From the IMG/VR virus record IMGVR_UViG_3300046170_000391: a DNA stretch of 64,000 nucleotides; one strand, written 5' to 3'. Below the pieces are notes generated by a model that saw nothing but the letters and a program-made list of their open reading frames with translations, searched no databases and had not been told where the DNA came from. The translations under genes and the position numbers were made by a program. Positions 48,756 through 55,895 of this stretch are shown piece by piece; within the stretch, counting starts at the first letter, position 1; each line of letters opens with the position of its first letter. The DNA comes from a virus.

Positions 48756-49375
48756 TGTCTGAAAGATTGCAAAATTTTATCAAGTTAAATGAACTCGCTG
48801 AAAATATCTTTGACACTGGCCGCCGTGTTGCGGTTGTGTTAGAGGGGCGCGATGGTGCGGGTAAATCTGGCACTGTTCGAGAAATCACCCGCTATATGCC
48901 ACCATACGCCTACCGCGTCCAACCGTCATTTATGCCATCAAAACGCATGATGAAATCTTGGTTGCCCGAATGGAAGAAACTTTTGCCTCAAAAAGGGCAG
49001 ATGGTTATTTATGATCGCTCTTGGTATTCTCGCGCATTGCTACAGCCTGTTATGGGATGGTGTTCAGATCGTCAATACAAAAATTTTATGCGCGACGTGA
49101 CTGACTGGGAACATGAACAGCAATTTGAGGTTGTCAAGGTTTGGCTTTCGGTTAACGAAAAAAAGCAACGTCAATTATTATCTCGCCGTGTTGATGATCC
49201 GCTTCGCTATTGGAAATACAGCCCGAATGATCCAAAATCGCTAGACGCATTTGACGCGATTACTCAAAAGAAAAATGCAATGTTTGAACTGAATTTTGAT
49301 TGGAACGTGATTGACATGGAAAGCAGGGATCATGGACGCAATCGGGTTATTGAAAATATTATCTCACAACTTTAA
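48755..49375 (+). CDS. ppk2: Polyphosphate kinase 2
   Basis: EGRDGAGKSG Walker A, YDRSWYSR, V.PVMG and DPLRYWKYSP.D lid motif. Confidence 0.93.
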   Translation: MSERLQNFIKLNELAENIFDTGRRVAVVLEGRDGAGKSGTVREITRYMPPYAYRVQPSFMPSKRMMKSWLPEWKKLLPQKGQMVIYDRSWYSRALLQPVMGWCSDRQYKNFMRDVTDWEHEQQFEVVKVWLSVNEKKQRQLLSRRVDDPLRYWKYSPNDPKSLDAFDAITQKKNAMFELNFDWNVIDMESRDHGRNRVIENIISQL

Positions 49376-49376
49376 T

Positions 49377-49403
49377 AAAAAAGGGGCGTAAGCCTCTTTT
49401 TTT
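49377..49403 (+). terminator. Intrinsic terminator (bidirectional-type)
   Basis: AAAAAAGGGGC-GTAA-GCCTCTTTTTTT. Confidence 0.85.
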
Positions 49404-49450
49404 ATTGACAAAATCCAAGGGCGCGCCGGTTGGACGGGAAAACCTAATGA

Positions 49451-49596
49451 AATCAATCACTTAGCACTACCAAGACCTACCGGCGGCCGACTCGTAAGTC
49501 ATTGTTTTTAAAGGAAAATAAAAATGATAACCCACTGAAAACAAACAAAACTATTTTCACTTTGCCCCTTGATTTTTAGGGTTAGAATGCTTATAT
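49451..49596 (+). promoter_or_regulatory. Pre-early promoter module 4 (three IHF-type sites + CTTGAT-17-TTATAT)
   Basis: aatcaatcactta at 49451, taagtcattgttt at 49495, taacccactgaaa at 49528, -35 at 49568. Confidence 0.82.
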
Positions 49597-49626
49597 ATAA
49601 AGGGTAACAGAAAAAAGGGTTTACAA

Positions 49627-50292
49627 ATGACTATTCAAAAAAATGCTTATGTTGTCATGGATACAGAAACCAGCTTTCGCAATGGTTTGGTTTTCGATTT
49701 TGGTTGGACGACTATCGACAAGCGTGGTAATGTTCTCGGCTCGGCTGACCTCAATTTCCTTGACGTTATCTGCAAGGAAAAGCCTTACTATATCCACAAG
49801 ATTGCAGGCTATGCCAGACGCCAACGCAAAGCAATCCACAAGGTGACGACTTTTGCGGTTGGTCAACGCTTGTTCAATCTGCACATTCAACATCTCAAGG
49901 CGGCTGGTTATCGCGTTATTCTTTGCGCTTATAATGCTGGTTTTGATTGCCGCGTTTTGGGTGGCACATCTCGCGCTTTTGGTTGTGGCAAATTTTTGAG
50001 ACACTCGGTTGAGTTGCTAGACATTTGGGGTAATTGGGCGTTATCTGCTCCAAAATGTTACACAGCCCCAGCGACAGCAAGCGGCAAATTTTTGTCCACC
50101 ACTGCCCAGAATGTTTATCGCTTTGAAAGCCAACAGCCAGATTTTATCGAGGCGCATACCGCATATGAGGATACCACTATCGAGGCAGAAATTTTGCTCA
50201 AGATTTTGAGGCGTAAAAAGAGGCTGAAGGTTGTCAAAACCCCACGCGAATTTGATGCTCAGATTTGGGAAAAATTTCCAGTTGCGGCTTAA
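49627..50292 (+). CDS. DEDDh/DnaQ-like 3'-5' exonuclease
   Basis: VMDTET, AYNAGFD, LDIW and EAHTAYED motifs. Confidence 0.9.
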   Translation: MTIQKNAYVVMDTETSFRNGLVFDFGWTTIDKRGNVLGSADLNFLDVICKEKPYYIHKIAGYARRQRKAIHKVTTFAVGQRLFNLHIQHLKAAGYRVILCAYNAGFDCRVLGGTSRAFGCGKFLRHSVELLDIWGNWALSAPKCYTAPATASGKFLSTTAQNVYRFESQQPDFIEAHTAYEDTTIEAEILLKILRRKKRLKVVKTPREFDAQIWEKFPVAA

Positions 50293-50319
50293 TTACGCAA
50301 AATAATTTCACTCTGACCC

Positions 50320-50348
50320 CTTGAAAAAAGGGGTTGGAATGCTTATAT
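50320..50348 (+). promoter_or_regulatory. Pre-early promoter 5 CTTGAA-17-TTATAT
   Basis: Same core with the GACCCC/GGGGTT hairpin. Confidence 0.8.
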
Positions 50349-50380
50349 ATAATATATAGAAACAAACAAAGAGGTTAAAA

Positions 50381-50854
50381 ATGACTATTAAAAATATTAC
50401 AATATTCGATCTTGATGGCACTGTGATCGACTCTAGCCATAGACAAGCGACTAAGCCAGATGGCACACTTGATCTTGCCAAATGGTTTGAAAATGCTACT
50501 CCAGAAAAAATCTTTCAAGACAAGGTTTTGCCACTGGCTCAACAAATGAGACGCAGGTCAAAGGCTGGTGATTATACCATGATTTGCACAGCTAGAACAC
50601 TAAGCCAAGCTGATCTTGAATTTTTTCATCAAGAAGGTTTATTGGTTGATAAAATTATCTCAAGAAAACAAGGAGATATGACTCCTGATGGTGAGTTAAA
50701 AGCTAAACAGCTTCGTTCGTTCTTTTCTCTTAAACAATTCAAAGACTTAAACAAGGTGATGTTTGATGATGCTCCAAGCGTCCGTAAGTCACTGAGAAAG
50801 CTAGGAATTTCAGTAATCAACCCTAACAAAATAAATCAGCGACTAGCTGGTTAG
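50381..50854 (+). CDS. HAD-superfamily phosphatase, copy 2
   Basis: Highly similar to 47912..48382 (MTIKNITIFDLDGT…TPDGELKAKQL…KVMFDDA). Confidence 0.9.
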   Translation: MTIKNITIFDLDGTVIDSSHRQATKPDGTLDLAKWFENATPEKIFQDKVLPLAQQMRRRSKAGDYTMICTARTLSQADLEFFHQEGLLVDKIISRKQGDMTPDGELKAKQLRSFFSLKQFKDLNKVMFDDAPSVRKSLRKLGISVINPNKINQRLAG

Positions 50855-50865
50855 AAAGGCATATA

Positions 50866-50958
50866 ATGAAAAATTTTCGTATCTTCTTAGAAATTATCCG
50901 CACTGTGACCCCTGTTGCAATTCTCGCTTTACAGGTTGTGATATTAAATGGCCTATAA
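50866..50958 (+). CDS. 30-aa hydrophobic micro-protein
   Basis: SD-like AAAGG; MKNFRIFLEIIRTVTPVAILALQVVILNGL. Confidence 0.55.
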   Translation: MKNFRIFLEIIRTVTPVAILALQVVILNGL

Positions 50959-51080
50959 AGGCCATATTGGGTAGCTTAACCCGCTGAAAACAAAGGGAAA
51001 ATCAGACTGCGGCCGGCGGCCGGCGATTTTCTCAATGATTACAACAACTTACAGGCGAAAATAATTTGAAAAAAAAATGC

Positions 51081-51160
51081 TAACCCATTGATTTTAAAGG
51101 AAAAGAAAATGCATTTTTTTTGCATCTACCCCTTGAAATTTGACCCTAGAATGACTATAT
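51081..51160 (+). promoter_or_regulatory. Pre-early promoter module 6 (IHF site + CTTGAA-17-CTATAT)
   Basis: taacccattgatt at 51081, -35 at 51132. Confidence 0.8.
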
Positions 51161-51204
51161 ATAATAGGTAACAAGGAAAACCACTTTCAGAAAAGGACGA
51201 AAAA

Positions 51205-51504
51205 ATGAAAGCTCAAAACTACACTCCAGAACTCACTGCCTCAATCATCGCTGACTATCAGGCTGGCGTTGACGTTGCCGAAATCGCAGCATCTATCGAA
51301 AAGTCAATTCGCTCTGTTCGCTCAAAATTGGTACGCGAGGGCGTTTATATTGCCCAGCCAAAAGTTGCGGCTCGCAAATCTGATGAGCCAACCAAAAAAG
51401 AATTGCTGATCGAATTGGAATCAGTTGCCCCATTTTCGGTCAATGGATTCATGGGTGCGACAAAACCCGCGATTATGGATTTGATCGCTCACTTCAAATC
51501 CTAA
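51205..51504 (+). CDS. A2: T5 A2-like DNA-binding protein, copy 1
   Basis: NYT.E.T…IA..I.KS.RSVRSKL.REG.Y…K…L…ATK pattern, resembling T5 A2 (SVRSKL). Confidence 0.78.
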   Translation: MKAQNYTPELTASIIADYQAGVDVAEIAASIEKSIRSVRSKLVREGVYIAQPKVAARKSDEPTKKELLIELESVAPFSVNGFMGATKPAIMDLIAHFKS

Positions 51505-51523
51505 AATAAATTGTGGCTGACCC

Positions 51524-51560
51524 CTTGACATTTGGGGTCAGTCACCCCATATATACTATA
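51524..51560 (+). promoter_or_regulatory. Pre-early promoter 7 with TGACCCC/GGGGTCA hairpin
   Basis: CTTGAC core, TATATAC downstream, then SD AGGAGG. Confidence 0.7.
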
Positions 51561-51573
51561 GGAGGATTTTATT

Positions 51574-51756
51574 ATGACTGTTAAAAAAATTTGGAAAACT
51601 GAGGGTCAAGAGGGTTGCGACGATTGCCAGTGGCTAGCAAACGAGACAGATGGCGAATGGCTGATCTGTGACGAATGCGAATGGGTGTTGCATGGCGAAG
51701 ATGACGGCCAGCCAGACTGGGCGCAAGAATGGCATGACTTTGACCCCGAATGTTAG
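51574..51756 (+). CDS. Small acidic CxxC…CxxC protein (DDGQPDWAQEWHDFDP motif)
   Basis: SD AGGAGG; CDDC and CDEC motifs. Confidence 0.75.
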   Translation: MTVKKIWKTEGQEGCDDCQWLANETDGEWLICDECEWVLHGEDDGQPDWAQEWHDFDPEC

Positions 51757-51842
51757 GCCTCGCAATTTATTGGCACGACAGGTTCGCGGGATGCAACCAC
51801 GGGTCAAACCATCGAAAAAGATTTATCGGAGGAAACCGAAAA

Positions 51843-52031
51843 ATGAAAAAGCGCGAACTGATTAAACGCATTAGTTGTTACACCACTGTTTCGCCAATTA
51901 TGGCAATTCGGTTGTGCTGTTGGTCTGAGGCTAGATTGCAGCGCGTTCTTAAAAATATTAAAGCTATCAATGAGGTTTACAATGACACAAACAATAATCA
52001 AATCAAAGCGTTCTTTGGCAACGCTAAATAA
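51843..52031 (+). CDS. Small hypothetical protein (start re-placed to ATG 51843)
   Basis: SD GGAGG upstream of MKKRELIK. Confidence 0.55.
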   Translation: MKKRELIKRISCYTTVSPIMAIRLCCWSEARLQRVLKNIKAINEVYNDTNNNQIKAFFGNAK

Positions 52032-52570
52032 TAAACGCAACTTTCAGGGTCTAAAGCTAAAAGAAAGGCCGAAAAAGCCAGCTAAAACAAAGAGTTAGAG
52101 GGCGGCGGCCGGTGAATCTTAGGTAAGCTAACATACTGATATCATTGAATAATTAAAAGTGACCGGCGGCCAAACCCCTTTTTGTCAATGAAAACAATAC
52201 ATTGCGTGCTGCAGTTAAACCATGAAAATTCAATAAAAACAACAGGGTAGGCGTGTCAATAGAAAACTTACAGGCCAAAGTTAAGACGGACACCAGGACT
52301 GTTATGTTATAACGTATCATATTGCGTTTTAACGTGTTACAACATTAATACACACTTAGCAAGCATTCCTACCATGCGATATCAAGAGTAAGCGCTATCC
52401 AGCGCCAGTAGTAGTTCGACGATTGTCAAGTAAAAAGTCAATTCGAATGCATCTTTTTGTACGATTGAAAGCAAGTCTAAGTGCGCCAGCGCCAGTGAAA
52501 AGGCGATTGTCAAGTACAAAATCGCACAAACTAGGATAAAATTTTTATCTAAAAGTCATGTCGTTTCTGA

Positions 52571-52697
52571 TTGACACTAGCCCATCATTCTGATAAACTC
52601 TCTTTACAAATTCAGAGAACGACCATTTTTCTGATTGTAGGCGAAAGCCAGAAACATTCACTTTTGACTTGCTTCTTGGCTAAAAATAGCGTATTAT
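52571..52697 (+). promoter_or_regulatory. Tandem promoters TTGACA-17-TAAACT and TTGCTT-17-TATTAT
   Basis: -35 boxes at 52571 and 52669, upstream of A2 copy 2. Confidence 0.75.
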
Positions 52698-52740
52698 CTT
52701 TATATCAAATGAAAACAGAAACCCATAGGAGATATTCATT

Positions 52741-53049
52741 ATGGCTGCAACTATCAAAAACGTAAACTATACCGCCGAACTTACCGCAGCAATCGTTGAG
52801 CAGTACCAGCAGGGTACTGACGTGGACGCAATCGCTGATTCTATCGGTAAAAGCATCCGTTCGGTGCGTTCAAAGCTGGTACGCGAAGGTGTGTACGTAG
52901 CGAAGCCGAAGGTCGCTGCAAAGCGCGATATGGGTCCAACTAAGAAGGAACTTCTTAAGGACTTAGAAGCTACTGGTTTTGAGGTAGCTGGTTTCGAGGG
53001 GGCTACTAAAGAGGCCATCGTCCGCCTCTTGGGACACTTCGCGAACTAA
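52741..53049 (+). CDS. A2: T5 A2-like DNA-binding protein, copy 2
   Basis: NYTAELT…KSIRSVRSKLVREGVY…GPTKKELL…GFEGATKEAI. Confidence 0.78.
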   Translation: MAATIKNVNYTAELTAAIVEQYQQGTDVDAIADSIGKSIRSVRSKLVREGVYVAKPKVAAKRDMGPTKKELLKDLEATGFEVAGFEGATKEAIVRLLGHFAN

Positions 53050-53070
53050 GACACTCGTCAGAGTGTTTGG

Positions 53071-53100
53071 AGGGACAGGCTTCGGTCTGTCCCTTTTTTT
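53071..53100 (+). terminator. Intrinsic terminator
   Basis: AGGGACAGGC-TTCG-GTCTGTCCCT followed by a T tract. Confidence 0.92.
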
Positions 53101-53362
53101 ATGAACAAAATCAAGCACTTACATCTACATTATGTGCTCAACGCACCAGTACAAGTACGAAGTATAATTTCAATTGCTTGTGCACCGCTGCGCCAGTGCA
53201 AAGTCAACCATAAAGTCACATCGCTTGCTAGCATTAGTGTAAATAAATCAAAAGTCCATAGTCTATTTCCAAAACAACAAGTCATATATTCAAGTCTGGT
53301 CTAAACCCCTACCCACCCTGGTATAATAACACATAAAAACAGCTCTGCGCAAGGCTGCACTG

Positions 53363-53741
53363 GCTCCCTACGGTCGCCACAGTCCAATAAACAGTAAAAA
53401 TAATGTGTTATATGGTAAAAAATGGTAAAATAGCAAAGAAATAGCTGTTTTTACGTAGTAAAACAGACAAATAAGTGCATTTACGGAGTAAAATAGCTCC
53501 CCAATAAACCAGAAAATGATTGACGAGAGGGTCTGCTTGGCAGCGCTATGCGAACTCCGTTCGCGGGCTGTGCGAGAAGAATTCCGATGTAGGGAGGCAA
53601 TCATATCACTTCGTGATACAACTGTCCCAAGCACACACGCTCCGCGTGGAATCGAAATAGTGAGTATGTTTATGGAATATAGTATAAAGTGAACGAACGA
53701 AGTTCGATAGCTGGTACAGCCTCTATGCTCCCTACGGTCGC
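53363..53741. repeat. 15-bp direct repeat GCTCCCTACGGTCGC (53363, 53727) in a non-coding, hairpin-rich region
   Basis: Exact repeat seen twice. Confidence 0.9.
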
Positions 53742-54128
53742 TTATGTTATCTATGTACAAAGGCTATATACACGGCTACGCAACGTGGTGTAAAAGCTGT
53801 GTAACATATGTAATAGCTATGTAATCGCTGTTACAAAAAAAAAGACGCTGTGTAATAGCTAAACAGCGGCTTCGTTTGCGTTCTGTATACAAATAATAGC
53901 AGAATATTTGTACATTGTCAACGGGTTGTATTGGGTAATTTTGTGAAATGAGAAGTTTAGAAATGACGAATTAGTTACTCTTTATTCATGTATACATTGT
54001 ACTATAATTGGTATGGATTTCAACAGTTAGGTTCATACTTTTTGTATAGTTGCTAAAGACTGTAGTGTGAAAAATGCTACAAAAATTTCTCTCTGTAGCA
54101 TTGGTAGGATATAATTTGGTTGATTAGA

Positions 54129-54668
54129 CTAAGTAAAATTATAGTGATGGATGGTTTTAATTCCAGCTGTGGTATATCTTTTGGCAGCTATTTGCATATC
54201 AGCAGTATGATTTAGAAGTCGATCATTTTCAGGATGTGTAATAATTGTGGCTTTGCCGTATGTCCACATCCAGTCTTTAAGTTCATTTTCAGTCCAATGA
54301 TCGTCTAGCACACCTTTCTTTGGAATAAGAATTGGATACTCATGTTCTACAGTGAATGGACGTTTTCCCCTAACATCTCGCCATTGAGTAATTTGTCGAT
54401 GAGTTGGGGGTTTACCTCCTCGACTTTCAGTAAGTTGTGCTTTGATATGTTCATACTCTGTCATCGCTTCTTCAGACCATTGAGTAGTCCATTGTATTAC
54501 AGATGCAGTATTATTCACCACATTCGTACACTGAGCTGAAAGTATGTCAGATGCAGCACGAAGTGAACGATCTACTAGGTTGTAAGCAAATTTTCGATTC
54601 ATATGAAGTGTAGTGCAATAGTGAGCTACATGAAGTAGTTTGTCTACTTCTTGCTTCCAATCATCCAT
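54129..54668 (-). CDS. Hypothetical protein, possible His-Me-finger nuclease fold
   Basis: TVEHEYP…IITHPENDRL motif. Confidence 0.6.
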   Translation of the reverse strand: MDDWKQEVDKLLHVAHYCTTLHMNRKFAYNLVDRSLRAASDILSAQCTNVVNNTASVIQWTTQWSEEAMTEYEHIKAQLTESRGGKPPTHRQITQWRDVRGKRPFTVEHEYPILIPKKGVLDDHWTENELKDWMWTYGKATIITHPENDRLLNHTADMQIAAKRYTTAGIKTIHHYNFT

Positions 54669-55065
54669 CTATCTGCTCCTCAATTTCCTGTACAAGACAT
54701 CTAACTTCGTACCCCATCTCTTCAATCAATTCTTGAAGTGAATCTACAGCTTCATCAACTGAGTAATGGTACAGCTCTCTCTGTCTCTGCTCAGTGTCTA
54801 CAATACGGTGTGCATCATGTAACTGTTTCCACGTTCGCTCTACAAGATAAGTGTCAGCATTTGAGGGTAATGCAAAGTACGCATGAAACCACCAATTAGC
54901 TCCTCCTTGAGCACGACCACGTTGAATTGCTTGTGCATTTTTAGACCGTCCAACCTTAGTAGGAGCATGAAGCTCTGCTATTTCGTGTGTCCCAACATAA
55001 ACTCCGCAACAATCATCTGTGGCTTTTAAATCTAACCAACGATGTATTTCATGCCCTGTAACCAT
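54661..55065 (-). CDS. Hypothetical protein, possible T5orf172/GIY-YIG-like
   Basis: GVYV…KVGRS…R…Q…E…H…ELY spacing. Confidence 0.5.
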   Translation of the reverse strand: MVTGHEIHRWLDLKATDDCCGVYVGTHEIAELHAPTKVGRSKNAQAIQRGRAQGGANWWFHAYFALPSNADTYLVERTWKQLHDAHRIVDTEQRQRELYHYSVDEAVDSLQELIEEMGYEVRCLVQEIEEQIDG

Positions 55066-55074
55066 TTCACGCCT

Positions 55075-55881
55075 CTATTGATTAAGATGATGATATTGTG
55101 TAATCAAAGCAGTATCACGCATAAAAGAGACATAACGATTATCTACGCGATTAGCCCATGCTTCAGAGTCGAGAACAGTTGCCTGGATATCTCCGTCTAC
55201 AGGAATGTTAGCTCCAATTAGATAAGTGCTATAAGAAAAATCATGCAACACAACAGCATCTGCAACTAAATCTTGCCCACGATGAGTAGCTTCATTAGTA
55301 AGTGTAGGAGAAAGTACTACAGGACAGTACTCTCCATCTTTTGCAAGAGAGGAAATCATGTAGTCAATTTCTCCAGCAGCTAGAGCAGCTCGATAAGCTT
55401 TTGAGTTTTTGTAAGGCAGTGCTTTTGCATTTGGAAGTTCAGCGGCTAGACGAACACTCTGTTGACGAATCCATGCCCAATCAGCATATCCTAATAACAC
55501 TTCGTCTGTTAGCAGCCGATCAACTGACTGTGCTTTATTCTCTTCTCGAACACACAAAAACATAGGAGAGGCTCCAAGGTATCCATGAAACATCTCTGCT
55601 TCTACCGCACAAGGGTTATTATTACCAGCTTGCATATCAGGATAAGCGATAGCAATGGTAGGACGATCCGTAGTTTTTAGATATTCAACAGCTGCAGCAC
55701 ATCCTTTTACTACTACACGCTCACCGTGTTGATCTCCTAGTGATTGTTCTACTACTTCAGTTGTTCTACCTACAAGTCCTCCTGGACGCGCAAAAAGAAG
55801 CGTATCAATAGGCTCTTGAGCTACAGCTTGTGAAACAAGCGTCATTGCCGTAACAGCAAGCGTATAAGTTATTGTTTTCAT
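55075..55881 (-). CDS. Secreted solute-binding protein (TctC/Bug-like candidate)
   Basis: Signal peptide MKTITYTLAVTAMTLVSQAVA, PGG motif and PYKNS….AL.AGEID; next to the TctA-like gene. Confidence 0.65.
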   Translation of the reverse strand: MKTITYTLAVTAMTLVSQAVAQEPIDTLLFARPGGLVGRTTEVVEQSLGDQHGERVVVKGCAAAVEYLKTTDRPTIAIAYPDMQAGNNNPCAVEAEMFHGYLGASPMFLCVREENKAQSVDRLLTDEVLLGYADWAWIRQQSVRLAAELPNAKALPYKNSKAYRAALAAGEIDYMISSLAKDGEYCPVVLSPTLTNEATHRGQDLVADAVVLHDFSYSTYLIGANIPVDGDIQATVLDSEAWANRVDNRYVSFMRDTALITQYHHLNQ

Positions 55882-55895
55882 TTTATTTCCTCTAG

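Larger units (their letters stand above)
46850..54100. other. Putative long terminal repeat / first-step-transfer (pre-early) region
   Basis: Follows the terS end of the late genes as in T5. Dense strong promoters, A2-like genes and a non-coding distal end. Boundaries are approximate. Confidence 0.65.

Noticed and set aside
46958-51560. Repeated intergenic blocks as a CRISPR array or attP site
   Set aside because: Repeats are degenerate promoter modules separated by genes, not fixed-length spacers; no cas or integrase gene in the window.
51734-51865. ArfA-like ribosome rescue peptide (RNLLAR…RVKPSKKIYRRK)
   Set aside because: Lacks the KGKGS motif; the similarity may reflect only basic composition.
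53101-53760. ORFs 53101..53304 and 53368..53760
   Set aside because: One starts immediately after a terminator; both lack SDs and overlap repeat or hairpin DNA.
53789-53834. Pho box (TGTAA repeats at 11-bp spacing)
   Set aside because: Poor match to CTGTCAT and mixed 9/11 spacing; no adjacent promoter.
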